Shown: one piece after another, positions 9,755-20,129 of the stretch
Layout: each line of letters starts with the position of its first letter
Position numbering within the stretch: position 1 is the first letter of the stretch
Origin: Thermoanaerobaculia bacterium
GTDB lineage: Bacteria; Acidobacteriota; Thermoanaerobaculia; Multivoradales; Multivoraceae
Assembly: GCA_963664405.1 (NCBI GenBank)
Contig: OY761158.1
Span: 2,272,001-2,336,000 of the forward strand
Length of the DNA: 64,000 nt
Direction: 5' to 3'
Made by a program: the position numbers and the translations under genes
Notes under the pieces: generated by a model
What the model was told of the DNA's origin: nothing
Seen by the model: the letters and a program-made list of their open reading frames with translations, nothing else
The model's database searches: none

Positions 9755-10109
9755 CGAGCCGCGGTACTTAGGAGTCGAGTCAAGGCCACCCTTGAGCCGG
9801 TAGCGAACGACCCGCCGACTCTGGCTGAGGGGTCTGCCGAGGAGGAAACTCCATCACTTCATCCCGCGCCGTTCGCTTTCTCGAGAGCTTGCGCGAAGTC
9901 GGCGGGTCTGGTCGGTCATACTCACTGCTCTCCTCGTTGTCGCCGGAACGTTCAGGTTACACCCGTTCTCCTGCCCTTGCACTCATCGAAACAAAGACCA
10001 GAGAGAAACAGTCTAAGTACCAGGCAGCCAGGCGCCAGCCTAGCCTCGTTCAGGGGTGTGCAGCCCCGGGCTCCGTCGCCCGCCTTACAAATTTCGAAAG
10101 GGACCCTCC

Positions 10110-11407
10110 GTGCCAATAGCCGGAAAACCAACGATCGCTCCCCACCCGACGCCGGAGCTGGACATCGATCACGCGAACAGAGAGACCGGCACCATGAGGT
10201 CCGCGACAGCGCTTGACGTTTTAACGGCACCCAACCACCGAAGGCTCTGGATCATCGGAGGCGCCATCGCCGCACTCGTTCTCGTCGCCGCGGCGGTACT
10301 CATTACTCGCGGCATCGGCGGGAGCGGAAGCCAGGCCCCGACGACGAGGGTCACTCCGGTGAGAGCCGGAACCTTGAGCCGGGGAGACCTCGCTATCCAC
10401 ACGGAGTATCCGGGTGAGCTCGTCGGCGAAGCCTCCGACCTCGCGCCCAAAGTCCCCGGAATACTCCGAGCCGTCGAGGTCCGCATCGGCGATCGCGTGG
10501 AGCGGGGCGAAGCTGTAGCGATCATCGACGACACCGACCTTCGCCATCAACAAGAGGAGGCCCAGGCACAGCTTGCGGTCGCGCGGGCCAACGAGCGGCG
10601 GTCTCAGGCGGAGCTGGAAGGCGTCGAATCCGAGCTGCGTAGGAGCGAGGACCTTCATCGCCAGGAGGTTCTCAGCGGACAGGATTACGACCTGGTGGCT
10701 GCCCGTGGAGCCACCGCAAGGGCCGCTCTCGCTGCTTCTCAGGCTCAGGTCGAGCAGGCGGAGGCGCGCAGCGGGATCCTGCGGCAGCAACTCAGCGACA
10801 CTCGCGTTCTGGCACCCTTCAGTGGCACAGTCGCGGCGCGCTACCTCGATCCCGGGGCCTTGGTTCAACCGGGTACTCCAATCGTCAGACTGGTGGAAAA
10901 GGGGGGCCTGCTGGTCCAGTTCCGGGTACCCGAGCGCGACCTCGGAGCGGTTCGTGAGGGTGTCACACTGAGCCTGACCACCCAGGCCACGGGCGAGGAG
11001 CGATACCCTGGCCATGTGCTCCGCATCTCTGGTGAGGTCTCGCGCGCGGACCGCACCGCGTTGGTCGAAGGCACACCAGACCAGCAGGTGGAGATTCTGC
11101 GCCCGGGAATGTATGCCCAAGTCCGCGTTCTGCTGCAGGAGATCAAGGCGGCCAAGATTGCTCCCGGGATAGCCGTGCTCGATCGGGTGGGAGCCGACGG
11201 GGTGTGAGCCGTACGGGGATCTTCACCGTCGGTGAAGACAACACCGCCCGATGGCAGGACGTAAAGGTGCTGGGGCACTCGGGGGACCGCATTGCCATCG
11301 AGACCGAGCTCGAGCCTGGTGACGTCGTGCTCACCCTGGGGCACGAGGAGCTGAGTGATGGCGGTGCCATCCGCGTGGTTCAGCAAGATAAGCGTACCGG
11401 CTCATGA
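10110..11407 (+). pseudogene. RND efflux periplasmic adaptor subunit, frameshifted near 11203
   Basis: Biotinyl-like, coiled-coil and APFSGTV...LRPGMYA motifs; the C-terminal beta domain continues in another frame (11204-11407). Confidence 0.75.
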
Positions 11408-14400
11408 GCCTATCCAGCGTTGCAGCTCACAGGCCGGTCGGCACGCTCATGGTTTTCGTCTGCGTTGTCGTGCTTGGCGTTGTCGCTTCCAGCCAACTTG
11501 CCGTCGACATGATGCCCGCGGCCGACATGCCGCAGATCTCAGTCACCACCCTCTACGATGGCGTCGCACCGGTAGAGATAGAGAGCCTCATCACTCGGCC
11601 AATCGAGCAGGCCCTCTCCACGATTGAGGGCGTCGAGCGCCTGACTTCCACCTCGAGTGAGGGTCAAAGCCGGGTGGAGTTGGGTTTTACCTGGGGCAAG
11701 GACCTCAACGAAGCGGTCAATGATGTCCGCGAGAAGCTCGATCGCGTGCGCAATGTCCTCCCCGAAGACGCCGATCCTCCCAGCATCTTCAAATTCAACC
11801 TCTCCGACGCCTCCATCGCCTCTCTCGGCCTCTCCGGCAGCGGTGATGTGCGGAGTCTGCGCTACCTGGCTGAAGAAACGCTGAGCCGGCGCATCGAGCG
11901 GATCCCCGGAGTCGCGGCGATCGACGTCCGCGGTGGCCGCGAGCGCGAGATCCAGATCCTACTCGAGGCGGATCGCCTTGCGGCCCTCGGCATCACTCCT
12001 CGTGAGGTGACCCAGGCCCTCTCGAGCGAGAATCGTAACGTGTCCGCAGGGGATATGAGGCAGACCGGGAGAGACGTGCTGATTCGGACCTTGGGCCAGT
12101 TCGAGAGTATCGAGGACATCGCCGGCACGGTGATAACGACCCGCGAGGCCCGGCCGATCCACGTGCGCGATCTGGGTGAAGTGCGCGACACTTTTCGGGA
12201 GATCAAAACCGAGCTGTGGATCGACGGCGAGCCTGGTATGCGCATGTGGGTCAGGAAGCAGTCGGGGACCAACACGGTGGAGGTCGTCGACCGGCTGCGG
12301 ACGGAGCTCGAAGCCATCAACCGCGACTACGCCGGGCGCGTACAGCTGACCATGTTGTTTGACGGATCGACCTTCATCCGCCAATCGGTGACGAACGTCG
12401 AGCGCGGGGCTCTTTACGGCGCCGTTCTCGCAGTCATCGTGTTGTTGGTCTTTCTACGCGACCTCCGCTCTACCCTCATCATCGCCACGGCTATTCCCAT
12501 CAGCGTATTGGCAACCGTGGCGCTGATGTACTTCGCCGGGTTCACACTTAACGTCATCTCCCTCGGTGGCATCGCGCTCGGCATTGGAATGCTGGTCGAC
12601 AACTCGATCGTAGTGCTCGAGAACATCTACCGTAAGCGCCAAGAGCGCCTCGGCGCCACCGAGGCGGCCGTCGAAGGCAGTCGCGAAGTTGCACTGCCGA
12701 TCCTCGCCGGGACTTTGACCACATTGGCTGTCTTTGTTCCTGTCATGTTCATCGGTGGAATGGCCGAAGTTTTCTTCAAGGAGATGGCCATCGTCGTCTG
12801 CTTTGCCCTGGCCTGTTCTCTAATCGTGGCTCTCACTCTTGTTCCCGCAGTCGCAGGCCGACTGCTGCGCCTGAAAGCGTCCGAGCCGCGCAGAACCACG
12901 GGTCTCCTGGCCAGTTTTCTGCGACGGAGCGATGCCGCGCTGCGAAGTGTGGACGTCGCCTACGGGGAGCTCATCGACAGCGTTCTGCACCATCCCTGGC
13001 GAGTGGTTATCGGTTCGGTGGCCCTGCTCGTAGCGTGCCTGGCCATGTCGCCGCTCTTGAGCTACGAGCTCATGCCCGAAGCGGACGAAGGGCGGCTCAA
13101 GATCTCCCTCGAGCTGCCCGTCGGTACACCCGTGGAAATCACGATGGAAGTGATCCAGGGTATCGAGAGAACAATGCAAGACGCTGTCGAAGTCGGCGAG
13201 GTGCTCCATGTGATGACGACCGCTGGGCCCGAGTCCTGGTGGAGGCCCGATGGAGGCAACAGCGCGTCGATGGACGTCACGTTGGTGCCGGTCTCGCAAC
13301 GTAAGCGAGGTGTGGAAGAGATAGCCGCTGCGATCCGCGCCGCCATTGCCGACACCCCAGGAGGGTCGATTCAGGTGAGAGCCTCGTCGGGCAACATGAT
13401 GATGAATATGATGAGAGGCGGCGGCGAGCGCCTCTCCGTCGAGATTCGGGGCTACGATCTCGACGTCGCCGATACCTTGGCTCAGCGCGCCCTCGAGGTG
13501 ATGAGAGACACCCCCGGTCTGGTGAACGCCAAGCTGGATCGTGAGCAGGGGCTCATGGAGGAGCGCTTGCGCGTCGACAGAACACGCCTCGCGGAGCTCG
13601 GCCTCAGCGGTTCCCAGATCGCGGATACGGTCGAGCACTATGTACTCGGTCGTATCGCCACGAAATTTCGGGATGGGGGTGACGAATTCGACGTGCGAGT
13701 CCAGCTGCAGGGCGAGAACCGGGAGCTCCTCGAGCAGCTGGCCCAGATGCCGATCGTTACCTCGCTAGGCGGGGTGGTCCCCCTCGGCTCGGTTACGACC
13801 ACCGAGAAGAGTCGCGGCCCGGCCTCCATCGCTCGCGAAGGTCAGCAGCGGCTCGTCCGCATCGACGCCGGCGTGGCGGGTCGCGCCCTAAGCGACGTAG
13901 CCAGCGACCTGCAAAGGAGCCTCGCGAGTATCGAAGTACCGGAGGGTTTCTCGATAGGTCTGGGCGGTGAGATCCAGGAGCAGCAGGGCATCTTAGGTTC
14001 TCTGGTGATGGGGGTCTTCCTTGCAATCTTCCTCGTCTACACCGTGATGTGTATTCAGTTCGAGTCGATGATTCACCCCCTGGTGATCATGTCTGCTGTG
14101 CCCTTCAGCCTGATTGGAGTAGTTCTGACCCTCGCCCTCACCGCCACGACAGTAAACATGAACTCTCTTTTGGGATGCATCGTATTGGTGGGCATCGTGG
14201 TCAACAACGCGATCGTGCTGGTCGACTACGTAAACCTGCTTCGCACCCGCGGAATGGGCCTGGAAGAGGCACTGGTGATGGGGGCCAGGCGTCGCCTCCG
14301 ACCCATCCTCATGACCACATTGACCACCGCTCTCGGGCTCATACCCCTCGCCATCGGGCTCGGCGAGGGAAGCGAGATCCAGGCGCCTCTTGCCCGAGTC

Positions 14401-14541
14401 GTCGTCGGCGGCTTACTGACTTCGACTTTGATCACTCTGGTCTTCGTGCCCTCCCTCTACGCTCTCGTCGAGCGTCGCAAGTTAGGCGTGCACCTAGCTG
14501 CACCGGTGCATCTAGCGCCCCGCGAGCCCGAGCCCGCATAG
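11404..14541 (+). CDS. RND efflux permease (AcrB/AcrD/AcrF family)
   Basis: 1045 aa; GMLVDNSIVVLENI, GIVVNNAIVLVD and RRLRPILMT motifs. Confidence 0.95.
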   Translation: MSLSSVAAHRPVGTLMVFVCVVVLGVVASSQLAVDMMPAADMPQISVTTLYDGVAPVEIESLITRPIEQALSTIEGVERLTSTSSEGQSRVELGFTWGKDLNEAVNDVREKLDRVRNVLPEDADPPSIFKFNLSDASIASLGLSGSGDVRSLRYLAEETLSRRIERIPGVAAIDVRGGREREIQILLEADRLAALGITPREVTQALSSENRNVSAGDMRQTGRDVLIRTLGQFESIEDIAGTVITTREARPIHVRDLGEVRDTFREIKTELWIDGEPGMRMWVRKQSGTNTVEVVDRLRTELEAINRDYAGRVQLTMLFDGSTFIRQSVTNVERGALYGAVLAVIVLLVFLRDLRSTLIIATAIPISVLATVALMYFAGFTLNVISLGGIALGIGMLVDNSIVVLENIYRKRQERLGATEAAVEGSREVALPILAGTLTTLAVFVPVMFIGGMAEVFFKEMAIVVCFALACSLIVALTLVPAVAGRLLRLKASEPRRTTGLLASFLRRSDAALRSVDVAYGELIDSVLHHPWRVVIGSVALLVACLAMSPLLSYELMPEADEGRLKISLELPVGTPVEITMEVIQGIERTMQDAVEVGEVLHVMTTAGPESWWRPDGGNSASMDVTLVPVSQRKRGVEEIAAAIRAAIADTPGGSIQVRASSGNMMMNMMRGGGERLSVEIRGYDLDVADTLAQRALEVMRDTPGLVNAKLDREQGLMEERLRVDRTRLAELGLSGSQIADTVEHYVLGRIATKFRDGGDEFDVRVQLQGENRELLEQLAQMPIVTSLGGVVPLGSVTTTEKSRGPASIAREGQQRLVRIDAGVAGRALSDVASDLQRSLASIEVPEGFSIGLGGEIQEQQGILGSLVMGVFLAIFLVYTVMCIQFESMIHPLVIMSAVPFSLIGVVLTLALTATTVNMNSLLGCIVLVGIVVNNAIVLVDYVNLLRTRGMGLEEALVMGARRRLRPILMTTLTTALGLIPLAIGLGEGSEIQAPLARVVVGGLLTSTLITLVFVPSLYALVERRKLGVHLAAPVHLAPREPEPA

Positions 14542-14574
14542 CTCCAGCCGAGATATGCTCTGCGCACTGGAGGT

Positions 14575-15261
14575 GTGAGCGTGCCGACATCGAGTCCCTT
14601 CGCCGGCCTATTCGGGAAATCACCATTTCCCGCCATGCAGGAGCAGATGAGGGTGGTGCAGCAATGTGCCGAGCTGGCCATCCCCCTCTTCGAGGCGCTG
14701 CAGCGAGAGGACCGTGAGAGCCTGCTCGCCATCAAGGAGCGCATCTTCGAGCTCGAGCATGAAGCCGACACGATCAAGAACGAGATTCGCTCGCGGCTTC
14801 CGAAGAGCCTCTTCATGCCGGTGGACCGACGGGATCTACTCGACATCCTCAACGCTCAGGACAATATCGCCGATGCCGTGCAAGACGTAGCCGAGCTGCT
14901 CGCTCTGCCGAAGATGAAGCTTCCGGCAGCACTCCTCGACGGCCTCGTCGCCTATGTAGAGACAAACGTGGACGCGGTGAAGCAATGTGGCGACGTCATC
15001 AACGAGCTCGACGAGCTGCTCGAGATGGGCTTCCGGGGGCGCGCCGCTGACCGCGTCGAGGACATGGTCGCCCGGCTCGGCGAGATCGAGAGCGAGACCG
15101 ACAGCCAGGGAGAGGCGCTGCTCGAAGCCCTCTTCGACCATGAGGACGAGCTCAAACCGCTCTCCGTGCTCCTCTCTTACAAACTGATCGAGCTCATCGG
15201 AGGAGTCGCGAACTACGCCGAGGATGTCGGCGACCGTCTGCGCCTCCTCATCGCTCGCTAG
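14575..15261 (+). CDS. TIGR00153/DUF47 phosphate transport regulator (PhoU-like)
   Basis: LFGKSPF, LEHEADTIK, FMPVDRRDLL and AEDVGDRL motifs; lies upstream of pit. Confidence 0.9.
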   Translation: MSVPTSSPFAGLFGKSPFPAMQEQMRVVQQCAELAIPLFEALQREDRESLLAIKERIFELEHEADTIKNEIRSRLPKSLFMPVDRRDLLDILNAQDNIADAVQDVAELLALPKMKLPAALLDGLVAYVETNVDAVKQCGDVINELDELLEMGFRGRAADRVEDMVARLGEIESETDSQGEALLEALFDHEDELKPLSVLLSYKLIELIGGVANYAEDVGDRLRLLIAR

Positions 15262-15289
15262 CTCCCGGCCCGAGACAAGAAACGCGACC

Positions 15290-16537
15290 ATGGAGTTTGC
15301 TGCCGTCTACATAGGTCTGGCGATCATCTTCGGCCTCTACATGACCTGGGGGGTCGGCGCCAACGACGTCGCCAACGCGATGGGGACCTCGGTCGGCTCG
15401 GGCGCCATCACGGTCAAGAAGGCGATCCTCATCGCCGCCATCTTCGAATTTGCCGGAGCTGTTCTGGCCGGCGGGAATGTCACGAGCACGATCCGTAAGA
15501 GCATCATCGACCCCGCCTTCGTGCCCTCGCCCGAGATCCTCATCTACGGAATGCTCTCCGCACTTCTGGCTTCAGGAGTGTGGCTGATGGTGGCGACCCA
15601 CTTCGGTTGGCCGGTTTCGACCACACACACCATCGTCGGCTCTCTGGTCGGCTTTGCCACGGTCGGACTTGGCGTCGAGGCGGTGGCCTGGGGTGAGGTC
15701 GGCCGCATCGTGGCGAGCTGGCTGGTCTCTCCGCTCATCGGCGGCACCATCGCCTTCTTGATGACCATGAGCCTTCGCCGTTTCATCCTCGACACCGACG
15801 AGCCCCTCGCCAACGCGAAGCGATACGGGCCTGTCTACATCTTTTTCATGGGCGTGCTCATCGCCCTGGTAACCCTCTTCAAGGGTCTAGTCCACCTGGA
15901 TCTCGAGCTCAGCGCCTGGGCCTCACTCGGAGTGGCCCTGGTAATCGGGTTGCTGATCGCCTCTGTCGGCAAGGCCCTGATCGCCAAAGTCCGCGTCGAC
16001 CCCGAGGCTGAGCGCGACTTTCACTATGCCAGCGTCGAGAAAGTGTTTGCCCCTCTCTGCGTCTTCACCGCCTGCTCGATGGCCTTCGCCCACGGGTCGA
16101 ATGATGTCGCCAATGGGATCGGCCCCCTTGCCGCCGTCGTCACCATCGTGCGGACCCAGAGTGTGACCCAGACTTCGGCACTGCCGATCTGGATCCTGCT
16201 CCTCGGCGGAGCCGGCATCGTGGTCGGGCTGGCGACTATGGGCTATCGCGTGATGCAGACGATCGGTAAGCGAATCACCGAGCTGACACCCAGTCGCGGC
16301 TTCTGCGCTGAGCTCTCCGCCGCAGCGACCGTCGTAGTGGCCTCGAGACTCGGCCTTCCCGTGTCGACAACGCACATCATCGTCGGGGCGGTCCTGGGAG
16401 TGGGCTTCGCGGGCGGGATCGCCGCAATCGACCTGCGGGTCATTGCCCGCATCGTCGCTTCATGGATCATCACACTCCCAATCGGAGCCGCCCTCGCCGC
16501 TTTCTTCTTTTTCTTTTTCAGAGGCCTCTTTCTGTAG
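15290..16537 (+). CDS. pit: PiT family inorganic phosphate transporter
   Basis: GANDVANAMG, PVSTTH (twice) and AHGSNDVAN motifs. Confidence 0.95.
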   Translation: MEFAAVYIGLAIIFGLYMTWGVGANDVANAMGTSVGSGAITVKKAILIAAIFEFAGAVLAGGNVTSTIRKSIIDPAFVPSPEILIYGMLSALLASGVWLMVATHFGWPVSTTHTIVGSLVGFATVGLGVEAVAWGEVGRIVASWLVSPLIGGTIAFLMTMSLRRFILDTDEPLANAKRYGPVYIFFMGVLIALVTLFKGLVHLDLELSAWASLGVALVIGLLIASVGKALIAKVRVDPEAERDFHYASVEKVFAPLCVFTACSMAFAHGSNDVANGIGPLAAVVTIVRTQSVTQTSALPIWILLLGGAGIVVGLATMGYRVMQTIGKRITELTPSRGFCAELSAAATVVVASRLGLPVSTTHIIVGAVLGVGFAGGIAAIDLRVIARIVASWIITLPIGAALAAFFFFFFRGLFL

Positions 16538-16574
16538 CCGATTCCGTCCTGCCTCAATTCTCGACGGAACGAGG

Positions 16575-16600
16575 CAGGGCCGGCCTGACGGCCGGCCCTG
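16575..16600. terminator. 11-bp GC hairpin between convergent genes
   Basis: CAGGGCCGGCC-TGAC-GGCCGGCCCTG; no U-tract. Confidence 0.45.
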
Positions 16601-16639
16601 ACAAGAGACGTCTGCGCAAGTCAACGCGCCTTAGTGCAC

Positions 16640-17167
16640 TCAATCGGCACGAGCCGGCGGCTCCGAGGGACCTGGAGCTAGCCGGAACTTGAGCGAGGAA
16701 ACCGCACCAGGAAAGACTCCGACCTCTTGTTCCCAAGTCAAATAGCCTCCCTTGTAGATCGCTACCGTGTGATCACCCTCCTCGAGCCAGAGGAAAGACG
16801 GGTAACCGTCGAAGTCAGCGGTGGTGCCTGCATAGCGACCATCAACCCAGACTTCGGCCTTCTTCGGCTTGACGTTGAGGTCGAGGCCGCCGAAGCCATG
16901 GAGTCGGGCCAGGGCCGGATTCAAACCGCCTTCCGGACCATACGCTCGGTAGGGGCCGTGGTAACCGTAGCCGTAACCATAGCCGTAGCCGAAACCATAG
17001 GAAGGGTAGAAGCCGCCGACTCGGAAGCTCACCGCACCACGGCGGCCTCCTCGGTGGCCTCCGCGCCCCCCACGCGACCGGGCTTCAGCCGCCGAAGCGG
17101 CGACGGTTGCCAGGACCACAATCGCGACGGCGGCAAGGGAGAGATTTCTAGTGGGTGATTTTCTCAT
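16640..17167 (-). CDS. secreted PEGA-domain protein with Gly/Tyr-rich linker
   Basis: Signal peptide, GY repeats and VKPKKAEVWVDGRYAG...GDHTVAIYKGGY. Confidence 0.8.
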   Translation of the reverse strand: MRKSPTRNLSLAAVAIVVLATVAASAAEARSRGGRGGHRGGRRGAVSFRVGGFYPSYGFGYGYGYGYGYHGPYRAYGPEGGLNPALARLHGFGGLDLNVKPKKAEVWVDGRYAGTTADFDGYPSFLWLEEGDHTVAIYKGGYLTWEQEVGVFPGAVSSLKFRLAPGPSEPPARAD

Positions 17168-17240
17168 TGCGATGTCTCCTGTTTCTTCAGAGCCCCGCAC
17201 CATGCACGGGTCGTCGGCATGTCATCACGCCATATCAAAC

Positions 17241-17256
17241 GCAAGATGCAGGCCAG
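17241..17256 (-). promoter_or_regulatory. putative sigma-54 -24/-12 promoter of the PEGA gene
   Basis: Minus strand CTGGCCTGCATCTTGC (GG-N10-GC), about 75 bp upstream of the ATG. Confidence 0.5.
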
Positions 17257-17449
17257 ACCTCGAGTCAGGAGAGCCAAGTCAGAGAGATCGCAGTAAAGCA
17301 CGGCCCCTTGGCTGAAAGTCTTTACATCTCTTACCACTGCCGGCGTGCCGAACCGCAGCTCTGCAGCGAACCAAAAGGGGCAAGGGTCGCCAATCAAGGA
17401 CGGCTCCGTCCCCGTACGAGAGCGAGGAGCCTGGCGGAGCTTCTGAGCG

Positions 17450-17640
17450 CGCCGTCCCGGCGCGGTGTTCACTAGCCGGAGGAAGTAATAGCCATCATTT
17501 CCGGAGAAAATGCGCCGTCCTCGGCGCCATATTCACCTAGCCGGAGGAAATGATAGCGATCACTTCCGGAGTCCGGATGCGCCGTCCTCGGCGCCATGTA
17601 ATCAGAACCGGAGGAAGTGATAGCAATCACTTCCGTAGGT
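17450..17640. repeat. three tandem units of two-hairpin repeat family P
   Basis: GCGCCGTCCTCGGCGCCA plus GGAAGTGAT-N4-ATCACTTCC; period about 66-69 bp. Confidence 0.85.
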
Positions 17641-17648
17641 CCCGCAGG

Positions 17649-18620
17649 CTAGCCGAGAAACTGGCGGCTCACACGAATGAGATCGTCGGGCGCATCAAAG
17701 TGGACATGGTGGCCGGAGCCGGCGATCTCGACGCGGGTGGCGTCGCGAAACAACGCCACTCGCCGCGCGATCTCGTCTTCGTCTTTGTGCAGCTCATCCG
17801 GGTCCAGTCCTCGGCGGCGCCACATGAACTCGTCGATCTCACCGGCATCGACCAGAAGCACAGGGCATCGAATCCAGCCGTAGCGCTCCTCGGCGTCGGC
17901 GGGCGACGAGAACAGGCGCAACGAGTGGATGCGCGGATCCCACTTCCATTTGAGACCACCCTGCGGGTGCGGCTCGGTTCCTAGCTCCACCAGGCGTCTG
18001 GCCGTCTCTCCATCGAGGCGAGGGTGGTAGCGCATGAACACCTGACCGGCATCATCGATCCCCATCATCGGACGACCCAACCCCTCTCCGCGCAACAGGC
18101 TCTCGACTCCCTCCTGGGTACGCCACTGCTTGTCCTCGCCCTCCGGCTCAGGAATCCTCATCGGTGGCCCCATGCCGTCGATGTTCACCACCGTCGCCGG
18201 CACGTCGGAAAAGACCCCGGCATAGTGGGTGACGATCTGGCCGCCGAGACTGTGACCGATGAGAATCGGCTTCTCCATCTCCAGCTGCAAGAGAACAGCG
18301 TGAAGATCGGCCATAAAGTGCGCCATCGTGTAGACGCCCGGCTTGCCGCTGTCGCCGTGACCGCGAAGATCGAAGGACACGACTCGGTAGGCCTCGCGGA
18401 AAGCCTCTGCCAGGCACTCGAGCCCCAGCGCGAAGTCTTCGATGCCATGAACCAGCACCATAGGCTGAGCGCCCGCGTTTCCGTAGTCGTAGCCGCGTAG
18501 CTCTACTCCGGCTCCTTGGAGGGTGAGAGTGGCCGGGGGATCGCTGGTCAATGGGTCTCCATCAAAGGGGGTCCGAGCTCCGGCGGATCGTCGAGCGAGT
18601 TGGGACAGTATCATCCGCAT
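17649..18620 (-). CDS. alpha/beta hydrolase
   Basis: LVHG, DLRGHGDS, GHSLGG nucleophile motif and GSGHHVH. Confidence 0.9.
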   Translation of the reverse strand: MRMILSQLARRSAGARTPFDGDPLTSDPPATLTLQGAGVELRGYDYGNAGAQPMVLVHGIEDFALGLECLAEAFREAYRVVSFDLRGHGDSGKPGVYTMAHFMADLHAVLLQLEMEKPILIGHSLGGQIVTHYAGVFSDVPATVVNIDGMGPPMRIPEPEGEDKQWRTQEGVESLLRGEGLGRPMMGIDDAGQVFMRYHPRLDGETARRLVELGTEPHPQGGLKWKWDPRIHSLRLFSSPADAEERYGWIRCPVLLVDAGEIDEFMWRRRGLDPDELHKDEDEIARRVALFRDATRVEIAGSGHHVHFDAPDDLIRVSRQFLG

Positions 18621-18645
18621 CGAAGAGCCACCGTTAGTGATAGGT

Positions 18646-19410
18646 ATGGCTCCTCCCGACCGCTTGATCATGCTCGGTCTCGCCATTGTTCTTGCCGCTA
18701 TCTTCTTCGTCGCCGCGTTGGTCCGATCGGCGCTGGGCTTTGGCGACGCGCTGGTAGCCATGCCTCTCCTGACCCTGGCGATCGGGTTGAACAGCGCCGC
18801 CCCGCTCTTTGCCGCGGTGGCCTTTCTCTCGTCCGTGGCGATTCTGTGGGGGAGCTGGGGTGAGGTGCACTGGCGAGACGCCCTACCCTTGGTGCTCGGC
18901 TCGGCAGCAGGGATTCCCTTTGGCCTCGTTCTCTTGAGTCGGGCTCCCGAAGCCGCGATGAAGGCGGCCTTGGGAGTCGTGATCATCGTCTTCGTCTTGG
19001 CTCGGCACTTCGTGCCAGGCCTCCGCATCAAGCGGGGAGGAACCAAGCGGGCCGTACTGGCCGGACTGGTCGCGGGTGTGCTCGGCGGCGCCTACAACAT
19101 CAACGGCCCCCCCATCGCAATCTTCGGCACGCTCCGAGGCTGGTCGCCGCAGCGATTCCGAGCGACCATGCAAGGCTTCTTTCTACCCAGCGGGGCGTTG
19201 CTCGTCACCGGCCACGCCGTGGCGGGACTTTGGACGCAGAGGCTGGCGATCCTGGCCGTCCTCTGTCTTCCAGCGATGCTGGTGGGAGTGCGACTCGGAG
19301 CTTTTCTCAATCGATCCATCGAGCCCGAGCGTTTCGAGCACTGGATCAGGGCTCTCCTGATTCTGATCGGTGCTCTCCTCATCGTCCAGACCCTGGTCGA
19401 GCGAGCCTAG
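18646..19410 (+). CDS. TauE/SafE sulfite exporter family membrane protein
   Basis: LGFGDALVAMP and GGAYNINGPP motifs; multiple TM helices. Confidence 0.85.
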   Translation: MAPPDRLIMLGLAIVLAAIFFVAALVRSALGFGDALVAMPLLTLAIGLNSAAPLFAAVAFLSSVAILWGSWGEVHWRDALPLVLGSAAGIPFGLVLLSRAPEAAMKAALGVVIIVFVLARHFVPGLRIKRGGTKRAVLAGLVAGVLGGAYNINGPPIAIFGTLRGWSPQRFRATMQGFFLPSGALLVTGHAVAGLWTQRLAILAVLCLPAMLVGVRLGAFLNRSIEPERFEHWIRALLILIGALLIVQTLVERA

Positions 19411-19435
19411 GAGCGTGTCCTAGTATTCGTTCTGA

Positions 19436-19539
19436 GCCGTTTCCCAAAGCGAATAGGAAGCAAGGCCCAAGTGCGCCGTCCTCGGCGCCAAGAGACAACT
19501 AGGCGGAGGAAATGATAGCAATCATTTCTGGAGGCTAGG
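19436..19539. repeat. extended family P unit
   Basis: GCCGTTTCCC...ATAGGAAGCAAGGCCCAAGTGCGCCGTCCTCGGCGCCA plus hairpin; similar to 29034-29136. Confidence 0.75.
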
Positions 19540-19546
19540 CCTGAGC

Positions 19547-19984
19547 TCAGCGCCGCCTGCGTAGGCGGGCGACGCGTGCACCGCTGCCACCGAGCGCCGG
19601 CGGTGCTTCGAGGTGCTCGGCGACCCTCGGATGGCGGTCGAGCTCGCGGCGACTTTCCTCCGCCAGAATCCCCCGACCCTTGCCATGAATGATGAGTACG
19701 GACTCACCCCTCTGGGCGCTCAGGAATGAGCGGAGGCGCTCACGGGCACCTTCCCGATCCAGCCCATGAAGGTCCAGCGTCCCACCGATCTCGATCTGAC
19801 CGCGAGCAACTCGACCCACAAAGCGAGCCGGGTACTCGGCCTGACGCTCGGGCACCGGCTCCGAATCTCGATCGGCCCCCGCACCGAGGCGCTCGATGTC
19901 CTCCAAGGCGCGCTCAAAGAGCGCCTGGTCGCTACTCCTCTCGGCCTCGGACCGCTTCCTTCGACGCTTTTGCGATCGCCCCAT
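19547..19984 (-). CDS. Smr/MutS2 C-terminal domain protein
   Basis: LDLHGL, IIHGKG and GGSGA motifs. Confidence 0.85.
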   Translation of the reverse strand: MGRSQKRRRKRSEAERSSDQALFERALEDIERLGAGADRDSEPVPERQAEYPARFVGRVARGQIEIGGTLDLHGLDREGARERLRSFLSAQRGESVLIIHGKGRGILAEESRRELDRHPRVAEHLEAPPALGGSGARVARLRRRR

Positions 19985-20129
19985 GACAGCTCTTAGACCC
20001 CCGATACTCGAAACGCCCGGCGTCTGAGTGGGTCTCACCCAGAGCACCCTGCCCTGCGGAGTATAGATGCCCATCGCCTGCCAGCGATCCTCCCAGGAGA
20101 CGCTGCGGTCGAGTCGTTCGGCGGCCCGA

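Noticed and set aside
11205-11207. Selenocysteine read-through of the TGA in the RND adaptor
   Set aside because: The continuation is in a different frame and there is no redox motif; this is a frameshift
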